Virus record (IMG/VR): IMGVR_UViG_3300037010_001227
Span: 62,001 to 126,000 of that record
Reading direction: 5' to 3' (one strand)
DNA length: 64,000 nt
The position numbers and the translations under genes are program-made. Below are positions 46,736-57,499 of the stretch, in pieces. Under the pieces are notes generated by a model, which was given only the letters and a program-made list of their open reading frames with translations, did not search any database and was not told the DNA's origin. The first letter of the stretch is position 1. Every line of letters begins with the position of its first letter.

Positions 46736-47635
46736 ATGTCAACAATACGAAAGCCTATGTTAGCAGGAACCATTAAAGACGTTACCAAGCTTATATTTCC
46801 CTTGGGTGCAACGTACAAATTAGATGGGATTCGTTGTTTACGCCCTGAACCTAAAGACGTAGTTAGTAGATCGTTTAAACCAATTGCAAACGTTTACATT
46901 AGAAACATTCTCAGTAAAGACTTAAAAGTAGGAATGGATGGAGAGATTATATCAGGATTGACATTTCAAGATGTGACTCACGCCGTAATGTCTTATGAAG
47001 GTGAACCAGACTTTAAGTATTATGTCTTTGATTACGTTGTAGATGACCTTACTAAAGGTTACATGGACAGAATGAAGGATCTTAAAGCATGGTATGACGC
47101 TGAAGGTCATAAGTATCCTTACATTGTTCCTCTCTTTCCAACAATTATTAACAATCTTGAAGAACTTCAAGAGTTTGAAGCAAAAGCTCTTGGTGAGGGT
47201 TATGAAGGAGTTATTCTCAGGTCACTTAATGGCCCTTACAAAAATGGTAGAAGTTCTTTTAAAGAACATTATCTGTTAAAGCTAAAGCAGTTCCTTGATA
47301 GTGAAGCAATAATTATTGGGTTTGAAGAACTTCTGATAAATAATAATGTTGCAACTACTAACGAACTAGGTCATACAGAACGATCTTCTTGCAAAGATAA
47401 TCTAGCTCCTGGCTATAAACTAGGTTCTATTTATGTTCAGGATTTGAAATCTCGTTGTTGTTTTAGTATTGGAACTGGATTCGATGATGCACTTCGTTGT
47501 GAGATTTGGAACAATAAAGCTAAGTATCTTGGAAAAATTGCAAAATATTCTTACTTCCCAATTGGTGTAAAAGAAAGTACTGGAGTGCCAAGACACCCAG
47601 TATTTAAAGGTATTAGAGATAAAGACGATATGTAA
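46736..47635 (+). CDS. minimal ATP-dependent DNA ligase
   Basis: YKLDGIR, DGE, FD, EGVILR, LLKLK, IGTGF, PRHPVF motifs. Confidence 0.93.
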   Translation: MSTIRKPMLAGTIKDVTKLIFPLGATYKLDGIRCLRPEPKDVVSRSFKPIANVYIRNILSKDLKVGMDGEIISGLTFQDVTHAVMSYEGEPDFKYYVFDYVVDDLTKGYMDRMKDLKAWYDAEGHKYPYIVPLFPTIINNLEELQEFEAKALGEGYEGVILRSLNGPYKNGRSSFKEHYLLKLKQFLDSEAIIIGFEELLINNNVATTNELGHTERSSCKDNLAPGYKLGSIYVQDLKSRCCFSIGTGFDDALRCEIWNNKAKYLGKIAKYSYFPIGVKESTGVPRHPVFKGIRDKDDM

Positions 47636-48060
47636 TATGACTAATACTTTAAGTGATATTTAACAGAAAATAAATACGCTTTCTACAAACGGTTGTTGGG
47701 TTTGGACTGGTTACAAAACTAATGGTGGGCTATGGTAGAATACAATGGTGAGTCTATATTATCTACAGAGTGATATATTCTATGGAGAATAGACCAATAT
47801 TTCCACTTTTAGATTTAGACTACTTGTGCAAAAACAGAGCTTGTTGTAATCTAGTTCATCTAGAACCAGTTACTTACTTGAAAATGTATTGCGAGGTAAT
47901 CCAGGGAAGCATAACTTAACTAAACCTGTTATCGGCAAGGACATGAATATTCAGATAGTAATATTGCTATAATTACGAGCAAGAACGGTGAGCCTGAACG
48001 TGTTTGTAAACAATGTAGATTGGAAAGTTATAAACGATACGAGCTATTACATCCAAACCG
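47635..48060 (+). pseudogene. decayed HNH endonuclease
   Basis: Fragments CWVWTG, GYG, LDYLCKNRACCNLVHLEPVT, ENVLRG, GHEY, RVCKQC across frameshifts. Confidence 0.75.
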
Positions 48061-48078
48061 TAAAAGGAATATTAAATA

Positions 48079-48357
48079 ATGGAATATACTAAATTTAGAA
48101 TAGAAGTTGAGACAGTAAATAAAGGCTTCTTTACGAAACCTATTACCAGTGATGTAGAGGATATTAGAGTTTTCGTAGCAAGGACTTTTGCTAATACTGC
48201 TAGTATACCTCTCGACCAATGCTGGAAAATATTAGAACAACATTTATATCAATTGGCTTTGTTTACTCATGAAAAACCGTTAGTTATAAAATTAAACGGA
48301 AATAATCGTTACTTCAATCCAGCAAATGTTGTTAGTCTGGCTATTATTAAGGAATAA
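48079..48357 (+). CDS. hypothetical protein
   Basis: SD AAGGA; ORF track. Confidence 0.7.
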   Translation: MEYTKFRIEVETVNKGFFTKPITSDVEDIRVFVARTFANTASIPLDQCWKILEQHLYQLALFTHEKPLVIKLNGNNRYFNPANVVSLAIIKE

Positions 48358-48380
48358 AAAGCCCTACTCTGTAGGGCTAT
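48356..48380. terminator. terminator hairpin
   Basis: AGCCCTAC/GTAGGGCT with a 5' A run. Confidence 0.6.
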
Positions 48381-48523
48381 TCAAAGAATGATGATCGTTC
48401 TAGGTTATATTTAGGAGGATTATCCAAGTTAGATATATCGTAAATGGTTTCAGTAATTCTATACATTCTTCCATTTATTAATACGTGATCTTTTTCATTA
48501 TATGTGTAAACACTATCTCGCAT

Positions 48524-49051
48524 TTACTTAGCAGCAAGTGATATGAGTTTTGAGATTTCACTAGAGAAGTCTAGTTTAGCTTCGTCTCCACGCTTCTGCA
48601 TATTAGGGACGGTGGATATAATCTTTGTAAACTCATCAAATAAGCCAGCAAGAGTTGGAGAAGCTTTTCTAATAAATATATCAACTTCTTCCTTGCTTAG
48701 ATCATACTTACTCATAATAGTTTTCATAGCTCTCATAGCCTGAATAAAATTATCACCAGTATAGTTAGTAAGAACTTCGTCTCTAATATTCTTGGCAAGT
48801 TCTTGTTCCTGAGCAAATGGAATTAAGAGTCTTCCAGTTTCGATATTAAATACATTGTTAGGAACCTGATTAGATTTAGCTAAGTCCAGTTTAATACCTG
48901 TAGAAGCGTCACCATTTTTTAATGAGATTTGCTTACTATCAACTCTATCATTCCAGATATCATTGAGTAGAGGATTTCGCATCCCAGCTTCATCAAGCAC
49001 AAATTCTGCTTGTTCCATATAACAAAGTTCAAGAAATGTTTCGTTGTCCAT
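48524..49051 (-). CDS. hypothetical protein
   Basis: ORF track. Confidence 0.75.
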   Translation of the reverse strand: MDNETFLELCYMEQAEFVLDEAGMRNPLLNDIWNDRVDSKQISLKNGDASTGIKLDLAKSNQVPNNVFNIETGRLLIPFAQEQELAKNIRDEVLTNYTGDNFIQAMRAMKTIMSKYDLSKEEVDIFIRKASPTLAGLFDEFTKIISTVPNMQKRGDEAKLDFSSEISKLISLAAK

Positions 49052-49109
49052 TTTAAGCCTATTAGTAGTTTGAATGTCTATATAAAGTAATTCACGAAAG
49101 GGAAAGACT

Positions 49110-49307
49110 ATGTTTAAAATTACCCATGAAAATCCAGATGTAAAACGGATTCATCGAGTATCTACAAAAGAAGATAAGATTAGTGGAACCTTTGATTTTG
49201 GAGATCTTACCTTTGATACTGTTGAAGAAGCAAAGGATCTGATAGAATATCATACTAACGAAAGAACAATACTAATGTCAGATCAGCTATCGGTAGTTAA
49301 AACTTAA
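49110..49307 (+). CDS. hypothetical protein
   Basis: Purine-rich SD; followed by a terminator. Confidence 0.65.
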   Translation: MFKITHENPDVKRIHRVSTKEDKISGTFDFGDLTFDTVEEAKDLIEYHTNERTILMSDQLSVVKT

Positions 49308-49313
49308 ATAACT

Positions 49314-49337
49314 AGGGACTCGAAAGAGTCCCTTTTG
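49314..49337. terminator. terminator between convergent genes
   Basis: AGGGACTC-GAAA-GAGTCCCT plus T run. Confidence 0.8.
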
Positions 49338-49904
49338 TTATTCTTTTATTGCTAAAAGTTTATCAACTACGCTCTTGAAATATTCCCATCCATTTGTGCC
49401 ACCATTTACTTTCTCTCGTACAGCAACCCAATCTTGACAGATAGCTGCCTGATCGACATGATGGGATTCAAAATAGTTAATAGCTTCTTTAGCTGCGGCA
49501 GTAGGTTCTAAAATAAGGTCTGGGTTATTAACTAAATCCAGACCTAATCTTTTGCCTGCAAGCGTATAATTAGCTTTTCCAGTGGTTTGAATAAAACCTC
49601 TTCCGTGATACTTGGCACCGTCATTGATAGCTGTATTTCCTAGTCTCTTCCCAATAGCGGTCATGTAACCATAATGGGTTTCAAAGTAAGAATCACTACC
49701 AAGTTCATTGATAGGTAAAAATCCTTTCTTTACATTACCAACAGTTATATTAGTCTCTGTTGCTACTGTAGCAATCATGGCAATATGAATATTTTTGTTA
49801 GTCCAACCTTTATCATTCATTAGTTTTTCTAATATCGGCCAAGATTGTTGTATGTTCTCTACTGGAATACCAGTAGCTTTTGATATTTGTTCACATGTAA
49901 ACAT
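49338..49904 (-). CDS. GH19 (chitinase-like) endolysin
   Basis: ATVATET, INELG, YHGRGFIQTTGKANY, VNGGTNG motifs. Confidence 0.9.
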   Translation of the reverse strand: MFTCEQISKATGIPVENIQQSWPILEKLMNDKGWTNKNIHIAMIATVATETNITVGNVKKGFLPINELGSDSYFETHYGYMTAIGKRLGNTAINDGAKYHGRGFIQTTGKANYTLAGKRLGLDLVNNPDLILEPTAAAKEAINYFESHHVDQAAICQDWVAVREKVNGGTNGWEYFKSVVDKLLAIKE

Positions 49905-50476
49905 TATTCAAACCTCTTTAATTGTGCATTATAAATTAAACCAAATTCCTTAGCATATCTTTGTGCCCATTCAGGAGCTGTGGCAATAGTAGATTCAGCT
50001 TTCCAGAATCTTTTATGTGTTAACTTAGTAGCATAAAATGTAGCATACTTAGGACTTTGCATTATGTAATATTCACCATCTGGCCACTCAGTCCCAATAT
50101 CATATTTTGCATGCTCCCATGCTCCTTGTGGAGTTTGATATTTTTCTGGGATCTTAATTATAGTATCTTTAGAACCTTTACGTTGAAATGCTTGTTTAGC
50201 TGGAATAGGAATAAGTTTATCAGATTCTTTTGGTCGATATCTTTCTTGCTGATATATATCTGAATCCCATGTAAATAGCTGTGGAGTTCCACTAGGTCTT
50301 AATATCTTTCCACGTAAAACTTTAAAAGTCCAACCTAATGAAGTCTGTTCTACAGCTTGCAACTCTCTACCGGCATAATAGATAATAGTTCCTGGAACTA
50401 TATCTCCCAAATACTTAGCTAAGTTGGCTTCTGTAATATACTTGAAATTTACGAAGGACAGGATAGATAAGGACAT
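49904..50476 (-). CDS. hypothetical protein with N-terminal F..YITEA motif
   Basis: Start moved to the ATG at 50476. Confidence 0.7.
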   Translation of the reverse strand: MSLSILSFVNFKYITEANLAKYLGDIVPGTIIYYAGRELQAVEQTSLGWTFKVLRGKILRPSGTPQLFTWDSDIYQQERYRPKESDKLIPIPAKQAFQRKGSKDTIIKIPEKYQTPQGAWEHAKYDIGTEWPDGEYYIMQSPKYATFYATKLTHKRFWKAESTIATAPEWAQRYAKEFGLIYNAQLKRFE

Positions 50477-50527
50477 AAAATTAATTGTCAACCGTACTCT
50501 AATTAAGTTCAGAGGACACCTTGAGGT

Positions 50528-52738
50528 ATGTATACAAGCAAGAAATCACTTAAGAGAGTTTCTATACGGTCTATTGTGCCTTATAGCACAAGTTTGTATA
50601 TAAACAGAGATGAATTACTTGTTTTAACTCCAGGCGAAATTGTCCCGTATGATGATTTTGTTGATTCCGATATTGAGAGTTCTGGATATAACTTAGATTT
50701 GATTGAAGGTTATATTAGAGAAAAGATTATTACTGTATTAAATGAAGAAACCTCTGATTTAGTCTTAGTTGAAGATGACGATATTGTTCTAAACCCAAAT
50801 ACAAATATTCCGCAAAGTCCTCCAATTAAAATAAGCACTGATGTATTCAAATGTTTATACTTGAATTCAGTTGCTACCGCTTCTGTAACTACATATGATA
50901 ATGCAACATATACTTGGAAGATTTCCAATGGAATAATTATATCTGGTCAAGGAACTTTTACCATTAAGTTTACAGCTACAGTAGCTGGACTTCCTGTAGT
51001 TTTATCTTGTGCTGTTGTTACTGATAACATAACTAGAAATGCATCTGCTACAATTTTAGGTAGTAATGTATTACCAGCACCCATCCCAGTTACAATTTCA
51101 ATTACTCCTGATAACGTAGAAGTAACACAAAATACATCTATAACCTTAGCTGCACATGTTACTGGAAATGCTAACACTAATGTAACTTGGTATGCTTCAG
51201 CAGGAACTTTCGTTGAAGGCCCAAATAATACAATTGTATATACTGCACCAGATAACGATGGTATTTATAGTGTAACTGCGACTAGCGTAGCAGATCCAAC
51301 TAAAATGGCTAGTGCTAAGATCAATTGCACTAAAGTAGAAATCTCATTATTACCATCCTCATCTAAATCTGTTCAGGTATTGGATACATTACAATACACA
51401 GCTATTGTAAAAGGAACAATAGATCCAACAGTAACTTGGACTGTTGATGAAATTCCTAATGGTAATTTAACGGTAGGAACTATTATTGGTTCTGGAAATA
51501 CTATTAATTACATGGCTCCATACTTTACTGGAACTCATACAATAAAAGCTACCAGTGCTGTTAATCCTACTAAATATGCCGCTGCAACGATTACATGTGT
51601 CCATGCTCCTGTATTAGATGTATCCATATTCCCTTCAAACACTTCTATACAAGTTTCTACATCTTTACAAATGACTGCCAACGTCACTGTAGGAGGTCCA
51701 GGAAGCACAGATGTTATCTGGAAAGTAAATGGAGTTCTTTATGGAACTGCTGAAACCGGAACTATAAGTGTGAGTAGTAATAGTAATTTTGTAGTATATC
51801 ATGCTCCATCTATTCCAGGAACATATGAAATTACTGCAGTTAGCGTTATAGATCCAACTAAATATTTCACTTCCACAGTTGTTTGCACAGCCGTACCTGT
51901 TGTAGCAGTCACATTAACTCCTGCCACACCAGTAAATACCTTTGTAGATGGCTCATTAGCATTTGATGCTGTTGTTACTAATGCTGTTGATACCTCAGTT
52001 GTTTGGAAAGTAAATAACGTTGTCCATGGTAATGAAACTGTAGGAACAATAACGACTGGAGTTGCAAACACTTGCACATATAATGCTCCTTCTACTCCAG
52101 GTATCTATACAATTTCTGCAACAAGTGTAGCAGATCCGACTAAATATGCATCTACTACTATTGTTTGTTCTACTATTCCAATTACAGTTACTGTATTACC
52201 AGCAACAGCAAATGTTCTCTTGTCTGATACACTTCGATTAACAGTTGATGTAACAGGAACTGGTAGCCATAATGTAATTTGGACCGTAGATGGTATAGTA
52301 GATGGTAATACTACTGTAGGTTCAATTAGTTACAGCGAAGGAACTATATGGTATATAGCACCAGAAACTAAAGGTGTTCATGTTATTAAAGCAACTAGTG
52401 TGGAAGACGATTCTAAATTTGATTCTACCATAGTCACTTGTTCAGAAGTAGTAGATATTCAGGTTACTCTAACTCCTAATGGAATACAACATATTCCAGT
52501 TATGACTAGTTTAGAATTTACAGCTGAAGTAACTGGAACTTCTAATACAGTAGTAACTTGGACTGTTAATGGTGTTGCAAATGGTAATGCTACATTAGGA
52601 ACAATTACTTCATTTGCTGGTAACACACAGACATATACAGCACCTTCAACAGGCGGCACAAGAACAATTACTGTAACAAGTGTTGCAGATCCTACTAAGA
52701 GTGCATCAACTACTGTTGACTGCATATTACAATCTTAG
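50528..52738 (+). CDS. Ig-like (Big-type) tandem-repeat virion surface protein
   Basis: About six repeats of W.V.G...GN.T.GTI...Y.AP...G...I.ATSV.DPTK. Confidence 0.85.
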   Translation: MYTSKKSLKRVSIRSIVPYSTSLYINRDELLVLTPGEIVPYDDFVDSDIESSGYNLDLIEGYIREKIITVLNEETSDLVLVEDDDIVLNPNTNIPQSPPIKISTDVFKCLYLNSVATASVTTYDNATYTWKISNGIIISGQGTFTIKFTATVAGLPVVLSCAVVTDNITRNASATILGSNVLPAPIPVTISITPDNVEVTQNTSITLAAHVTGNANTNVTWYASAGTFVEGPNNTIVYTAPDNDGIYSVTATSVADPTKMASAKINCTKVEISLLPSSSKSVQVLDTLQYTAIVKGTIDPTVTWTVDEIPNGNLTVGTIIGSGNTINYMAPYFTGTHTIKATSAVNPTKYAAATITCVHAPVLDVSIFPSNTSIQVSTSLQMTANVTVGGPGSTDVIWKVNGVLYGTAETGTISVSSNSNFVVYHAPSIPGTYEITAVSVIDPTKYFTSTVVCTAVPVVAVTLTPATPVNTFVDGSLAFDAVVTNAVDTSVVWKVNNVVHGNETVGTITTGVANTCTYNAPSTPGIYTISATSVADPTKYASTTIVCSTIPITVTVLPATANVLLSDTLRLTVDVTGTGSHNVIWTVDGIVDGNTTVGSISYSEGTIWYIAPETKGVHVIKATSVEDDSKFDSTIVTCSEVVDIQVTLTPNGIQHIPVMTSLEFTAEVTGTSNTVVTWTVNGVANGNATLGTITSFAGNTQTYTAPSTGGTRTITVTSVADPTKSASTTVDCILQS

Positions 52739-53553
52739 TAACTCCCGCTACACCTCCAGCTACCTTTGTTGAAAAGACCACTGAATTTACTTCTCTTGTA
52801 CTAGGTTGCTCAGGTTCTCATGAAGTAACTTGGGACGTTAATGGTATAACTAATGGTAATAGTACTGTAGGAACAATCACAGGCTCTGGAAATACAGTAA
52901 CTTGTACAACACCTAATACTTCAGGAACTTATGTAGTTATGGCTACAAGTGTTGAAGATGCTACTAAGAATGCTACAACATCAGTTACTTGTTAGCTACT
53001 TGTGGAACAACTAAAGTCCATGCAGCAACTCTCAATGATACAGGAACTGGATCATTACGTGATGTATTTCTACAAGTGGTAATCATGTCGTTTCGATGTC
53101 TCTGGAGAAATAGCTTTATCTTCTGCACTTTACATACCTTCTAACACAACTATAGATGGAGCATCAGCCCAAGTTCTGGTATTACTTTAACAGGACATTC
53201 TTTAAATTTGATTACGATTAGTAATATTACTATTAATAATCTTAGACATAGCGGTGGATGGAATTGGTGGAGGCCATACAGATCGTATTAGTATCTATAA
53301 TATTGTATTAGACCATTTATCTCTATCTGGTTCTTATGATGGACGCTTAGGTATATTCCGAGATAACTATGATATAACTGTTCAAAATTGTATAATTAGT
53401 AGTAATGAAGAAACTCCTTATTCTGTAGATGAATATGTTCAAATTACAGCATCTTCTGCTGCTGATGCATTAACTTATGTTAAAGCGAATGCCGGTTGCA
53501 GAGTTGGTGGATTAGATACTTTCGACCAGGCTATTATTGATGCAATGGTGTAA
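52727..53553 (+). pseudogene. frameshifted continuation: one more Ig repeat, then a decayed pectate lyase (PL1-like) domain
   Basis: ITILVTP..EVTWDVNGITNGNSTVGTI; LNDTGTGSLRD, FDVSGEI, SNTTIDG, NIVLDHLSLSGSYDG, ITVQNCII across several frameshifts. Confidence 0.8.
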
Positions 53554-53558
53554 CCTAT

Positions 53559-53834
53559 ATGACATTACCAGAATTACAAGTAGAGATTAAAAGATATATT
53601 CTTGACCGTCCAGGAGTCTTTACAGGTAAAAGGTTGAATGCCTATAATATAGGTGTTTATACCTAGTATATTAGAATCTTAGAAAATATCAGTTCTAGTC
53701 ACGTTCAACATAGTATTAAGTATATAAACTTGACAATAAATCAATTAATGGAATACAAAACAAATAGATGGAGAGAACTTATCAGCGCAAGGTTACTCTC
53801 CATTTCTATTCGGAAAGATATAGTAGTAGATTAA
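53559..53834 (+). pseudogene. 91-codon ORF interrupted by a single in-frame TAG (53664-53666)
   Basis: Hand translation. Confidence 0.35.
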
Positions 53835-53936
53835 ACGTGGAACATTACCAAAGAATGTAGACTGTCGCACCTTTTCGCAACAAAGTTCTTATATTCTAGC
53901 CATCATCGCTCGATAAGTAAATATCTAGGTGTTTCA

Positions 53937-54125
53937 ATGACGGTCTATAAGCTCTTTACAAGTGAGAATAAGTATGTAGGCGAAATAGAATGCACTTCAC
54001 CCGAAGAGGCTATAACTATGTTCCGTATGCTAACGGGTGACCTATTTGATTCAGCTACTTTAGCGGCTAAAGTAAAGACTGACAGACGTAAGACCCCTAG
54101 AAAGGGTTGGAACTTGCTGCGGTAG
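53937..54125 (+). CDS. hypothetical protein
   Basis: SD AGGTG; ORF track. Confidence 0.65.
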   Translation: MTVYKLFTSENKYVGEIECTSPEEAITMFRMLTGDLFDSATLAAKVKTDRRKTPRKGWNLLR

Positions 54126-54220
54126 TGATGATATAAGATAATACATTTAGGAACAAGTGCAGAGTATTTAGGTTGTGCTGCTATTCAAGATAAGGCTTAT
54201 GCAGTATTTCTTTAGAACCT

Positions 54221-54430
54221 ATGCCATATACCTTAGTCTACCGGCATCTAATGTTAATAAGGGGTGGTAATGTTGATCACTTTACTCATATCCGTGCGTT
54301 TGAAGCCTATTATGCAGCATTACAAGAAATAGCATTACTTTATCATTATAATAGGATGGCGTTTAAAGAAAACTTAAAAGTAATAGAACCAATTTATATA
54401 AGTGAATTTGATGTAGTGAAGATATGTTAG
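54221..54430 (+). CDS. hypothetical protein
   Basis: ORF track. Confidence 0.45.
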   Translation: MPYTLVYRHLMLIRGGNVDHFTHIRAFEAYYAALQEIALLYHYNRMAFKENLKVIEPIYISEFDVVKIC

Positions 54431-54557
54431 AAGAGATTGGGTTGATACTTTCTAGTTATTTAATGGTGTGTATCTTAGATGAGTTTTTACCCTAACTAAA
54501 TAACTAGATTTTTTTTAATAAGTGGTGGTAATTATTAATACTAACACGGAGAATAAA

Positions 54558-54740
54558 ATGACTAAAGTAGAAGTAGGATCAGTAGTAAGACTAAAATCAG
54601 GCTCACCTAAGATGGTAGCTTTAAGAGAATCAGGCAATGGTTGGGACTTTATGTTCTTTTATGACGAGAGTCATGGCCCAGTAGAACCAAAGATTCTAAC
54701 AGGTGTTCCAGCAGATTGTGTAGTATTAGCTGGAGATTAG
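54558..54740 (+). CDS. DUF2158/YodC-like small protein
   Basis: VGSVVRLKSGSPKM signature; SD GGAG. Confidence 0.75.
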   Translation: MTKVEVGSVVRLKSGSPKMVALRESGNGWDFMFFYDESHGPVEPKILTGVPADCVVLAGD

Positions 54741-54803
54741 CCAACATTAAGTTGAAATAGGCCAATCTAGTTAATGAACTCCGGTAAAGTCACATCACAC
54801 TGA

Positions 54804-54837
54804 TAAAAATCCCAGCCATAATAAGCTGGGATTTTTA
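54804..54837. terminator. bidirectional terminator
   Basis: AAAAATCCCAGC/GCTGGGATTTTT. Confidence 0.85.
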
Positions 54838-54859
54838 TTCTCTAATTATAGTTCAACTA

Positions 54860-55295
54860 TAACATACTAAGTTACAGCCGCAAACTTGTGTAGGCATCTA
54901 TCCAGTTCTTTTAGACAACCTATTCATTCCAGATTCAGGTCTTAATTCAATGATACCTGTTCTACCTACCGACCAAAATCCCTCTATTACTTGATCTTTA
55001 GTAAAACTCCATAACCAAGTTCTTGGTTTAGTTTAATAATAGATCAGCTATAATATTCAGTATTAAAGTTAGTACCATGTCAACTTTTATATGTGTATCA
55101 ATAAGTTCTAGTATACTATTCTTTAATGCAGAATAATGTTCAATACGGTATTGTGATTTAATAAACAATTACGCAGGTAACGTAGACATAACCTTAATTT
55201 GAACTACCTTTCATTCTTCGTATTGCTTCTTGTCGTTTAGTAGGGTCTTCCAATAGATTAGCAACAGCCTTGAAACACTGATCATCTGTTAATTG
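54860..55295 (-). pseudogene. eroded gene remnant of unknown family
   Basis: Protein-like fragments (QLTDDQCFKAVANLLEDP..., FWSVGRTGIIELRP...) separated by stops and frameshifts. Confidence 0.35.
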
Positions 55296-55311
55296 TCTAT
55301 TACATCCTTCT

Positions 55312-56343
55312 TTATATATATATAGGGAAATACTGGTTTCGATGTAAATATAGGTTATGAAGCACCAGACTATAATCTATACACTCAGTAATAGGTTTAT
55401 CATACATATTCATGTCTTTAAATGCCTGTATAATCTTAGGATTCACTGGCTCACCATTGCCACGGAATGATACAACAAGGTTTCTATTATTCCCATCGTT
55501 AGGATCAATATAATACTGTGCAATAAGACTAGGGTATTGACATCCTAAAGCTGTGAAAAAGCAGTCAGTTAAACAATTCCAGTCTATATCATCTCTAATC
55601 ATGTCAGAACCTTTAAAGTCCATGGCATACCCAACTAGATTATTACAAGCTTTTACTATAGTCTCTTCTATCTCAGATGATGAATATTCGACGGTACTGA
55701 AGTAACCAACAGACTCATCTGCTGCATTCATAAATTGATTAGATTCGGTATCATATTGATAGGCTGGTTTATCATTAATAAGTATAATACATGCATCTGG
55801 ATAATCTGCACAAGAATTTATTAATTCTATCTTACTAGATTCAAAATTTAGTAATTTAACCTCTCTAGTTTCAAGAACACCAGACTGTAGACTAGGAATC
55901 GATGTACACCATCGTGTTCCAAAACCATATTTAATATAGGTTATTTTATCTAGTGGATGTATAATATCAATACCATCCTTAGAATAAACTAAATCAAATT
56001 TACAATCAGATTTATCAACTATCCATTGCATTAATTGTTGTATAATAACAGATCTATCACCAGCTTCAGGATTATCAATAAATCGTTGTAGGTACTTATC
56101 GACAGGCACTAAACCTTCATTTGGAACAGAATATTGAATACCTTTTAGTTTTTGTCCTAGTTTATCTATAGTATCTGGCAACCGGTCATTAATCATGTTT
56201 AGTTTAACGCCTAAATCCCATATCTGTAACCAACGTAAATATTTATCACAATCCTGTATACCAAATTCAAAACTGTAATGAATACTATTAAGTATATTTG
56301 ACTTATCATTATAGGTTTCAATTTTACTATTTAGTAGTTTCAA
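55312..56343 (-). CDS. large-phage protein with a G.GT.WCT...YQ....QFM...D (PcfJ-like) module
   Basis: KYGFGTRWCTS and YQYDTESNQFMNAAD motifs. Confidence 0.65.
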   Translation of the reverse strand: MKLLNSKIETYNDKSNILNSIHYSFEFGIQDCDKYLRWLQIWDLGVKLNMINDRLPDTIDKLGQKLKGIQYSVPNEGLVPVDKYLQRFIDNPEAGDRSVIIQQLMQWIVDKSDCKFDLVYSKDGIDIIHPLDKITYIKYGFGTRWCTSIPSLQSGVLETREVKLLNFESSKIELINSCADYPDACIILINDKPAYQYDTESNQFMNAADESVGYFSTVEYSSSEIEETIVKACNNLVGYAMDFKGSDMIRDDIDWNCLTDCFFTALGCQYPSLIAQYYIDPNDGNNRNLVVSFRGNGEPVNPKIIQAFKDMNMYDKPITECIDYSLVLHNLYLHRNQYFPIYI

Positions 56344-56650
56344 CGTGGTATGAAAAATAATAGATATTCTGTGTATTTATTAGGATTAAATGATTCCTTA
56401 CCCTTACCTTAATAGATGGATATTTTCTATTAGTTAAATAAACTAATTTTTCACAATACAAATCTAAATCTTGTATAGTTTTCATCAATATTTGAGGAAA
56501 TTCTGTACCAGCAAATTTTGTACCAGCAAATTTTGTGAGCTTGTTTTGAATTTGAGCTTTAAAAAAATTGCATTTTTGTTCAGAAATACCCTCTTCCAAT
56601 ATAAAGAAGTTAGATTTAATGAACGAATTGATAGGTAGATTCGTAGGCAT
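56327..56650 (-). CDS. hypothetical protein
   Basis: ORF track; contains a short TKFAG tandem duplication; start moved to the second Met. Confidence 0.55.
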   Translation of the reverse strand: MPTNLPINSFIKSNFFILEEGISEQKCNFFKAQIQNKLTKFAGTKFAGTEFPQILMKTIQDLDLYCEKLVYLTNRKYPSIKVRVRNHLILINTQNIYYFSYHVETTK

Positions 56651-57499
56651 GAATTTAATTCCTGGCAATAGATGTTCATAATATTTCTAAAGGTTATATA
56701 ACTATAATCAGGGAATTATCTACATAAAACAGACCATAGGTGATTTTATATACTTCGGTAGTAGTTCTACAGATAATTTGTTTTGTATATGTTTACTATT
56801 GCATCTACTAATAGACCAGTAATGTTTAGTACTCAATTAGACGCTGACTACTATCTTGATATTGATAAAATACTGATTCGTAATAGACTGTACAATGATG
56901 ATACAGATACTATACAGATACTATAATAACACCAATATGTAGAGGAGAGTTTGTAATAGTATTGTGTTAATCCAAAGAAGAAGTTAAGAAAAAGCTGGAG
57001 TAGTAAATCAATTAATAAGTTTAACGAGTAATAAGATAAATCCAACCAAAAAGGAATAATACAGGATTACATTAATAAGTCTACCGGCATATACCTACAT
57101 AATCTATTTATAGTATAGTACATCAGTAACACCACCTGGTAATATATAATATAACTATTATAGACCTATCAAAAGTACGATATCTTGAGATTAAATATTA
57201 GTACTACACATGTCTCATAAGTAGAGAAATGAATTCAAATAACACTAAATTTATTAGTATAATTTCTTTAAAATAGGATTTGATTTTATGTGACATTCTA
57301 GTACAATACGATTTAACATCTACAGGATTAGATATCTAATCCTATTAGAACTGTTGATGATTTATATAGATACGAAACTCTTGTAGAAATTTTTAAACCT
57401 TTGGTAGAGATAACCTATAGCGCGCCAAGTTTTGAAGGGTTTATTAAAATAAGAATGTAAGGTTAAAAAAATTATCTACTGTTATTTCAGTACTTCCAA

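Noticed and set aside
7361-52725. Many short opposite-strand ORFs inside long genes
   Set aside because: Antisense shadows of well-supported CDSs.
52715-52745. Programmed frameshift joining the Ig protein to its continuation
   Set aside because: No slippery heptamer, and the downstream lyase carries several further lesions, which indicates decay.
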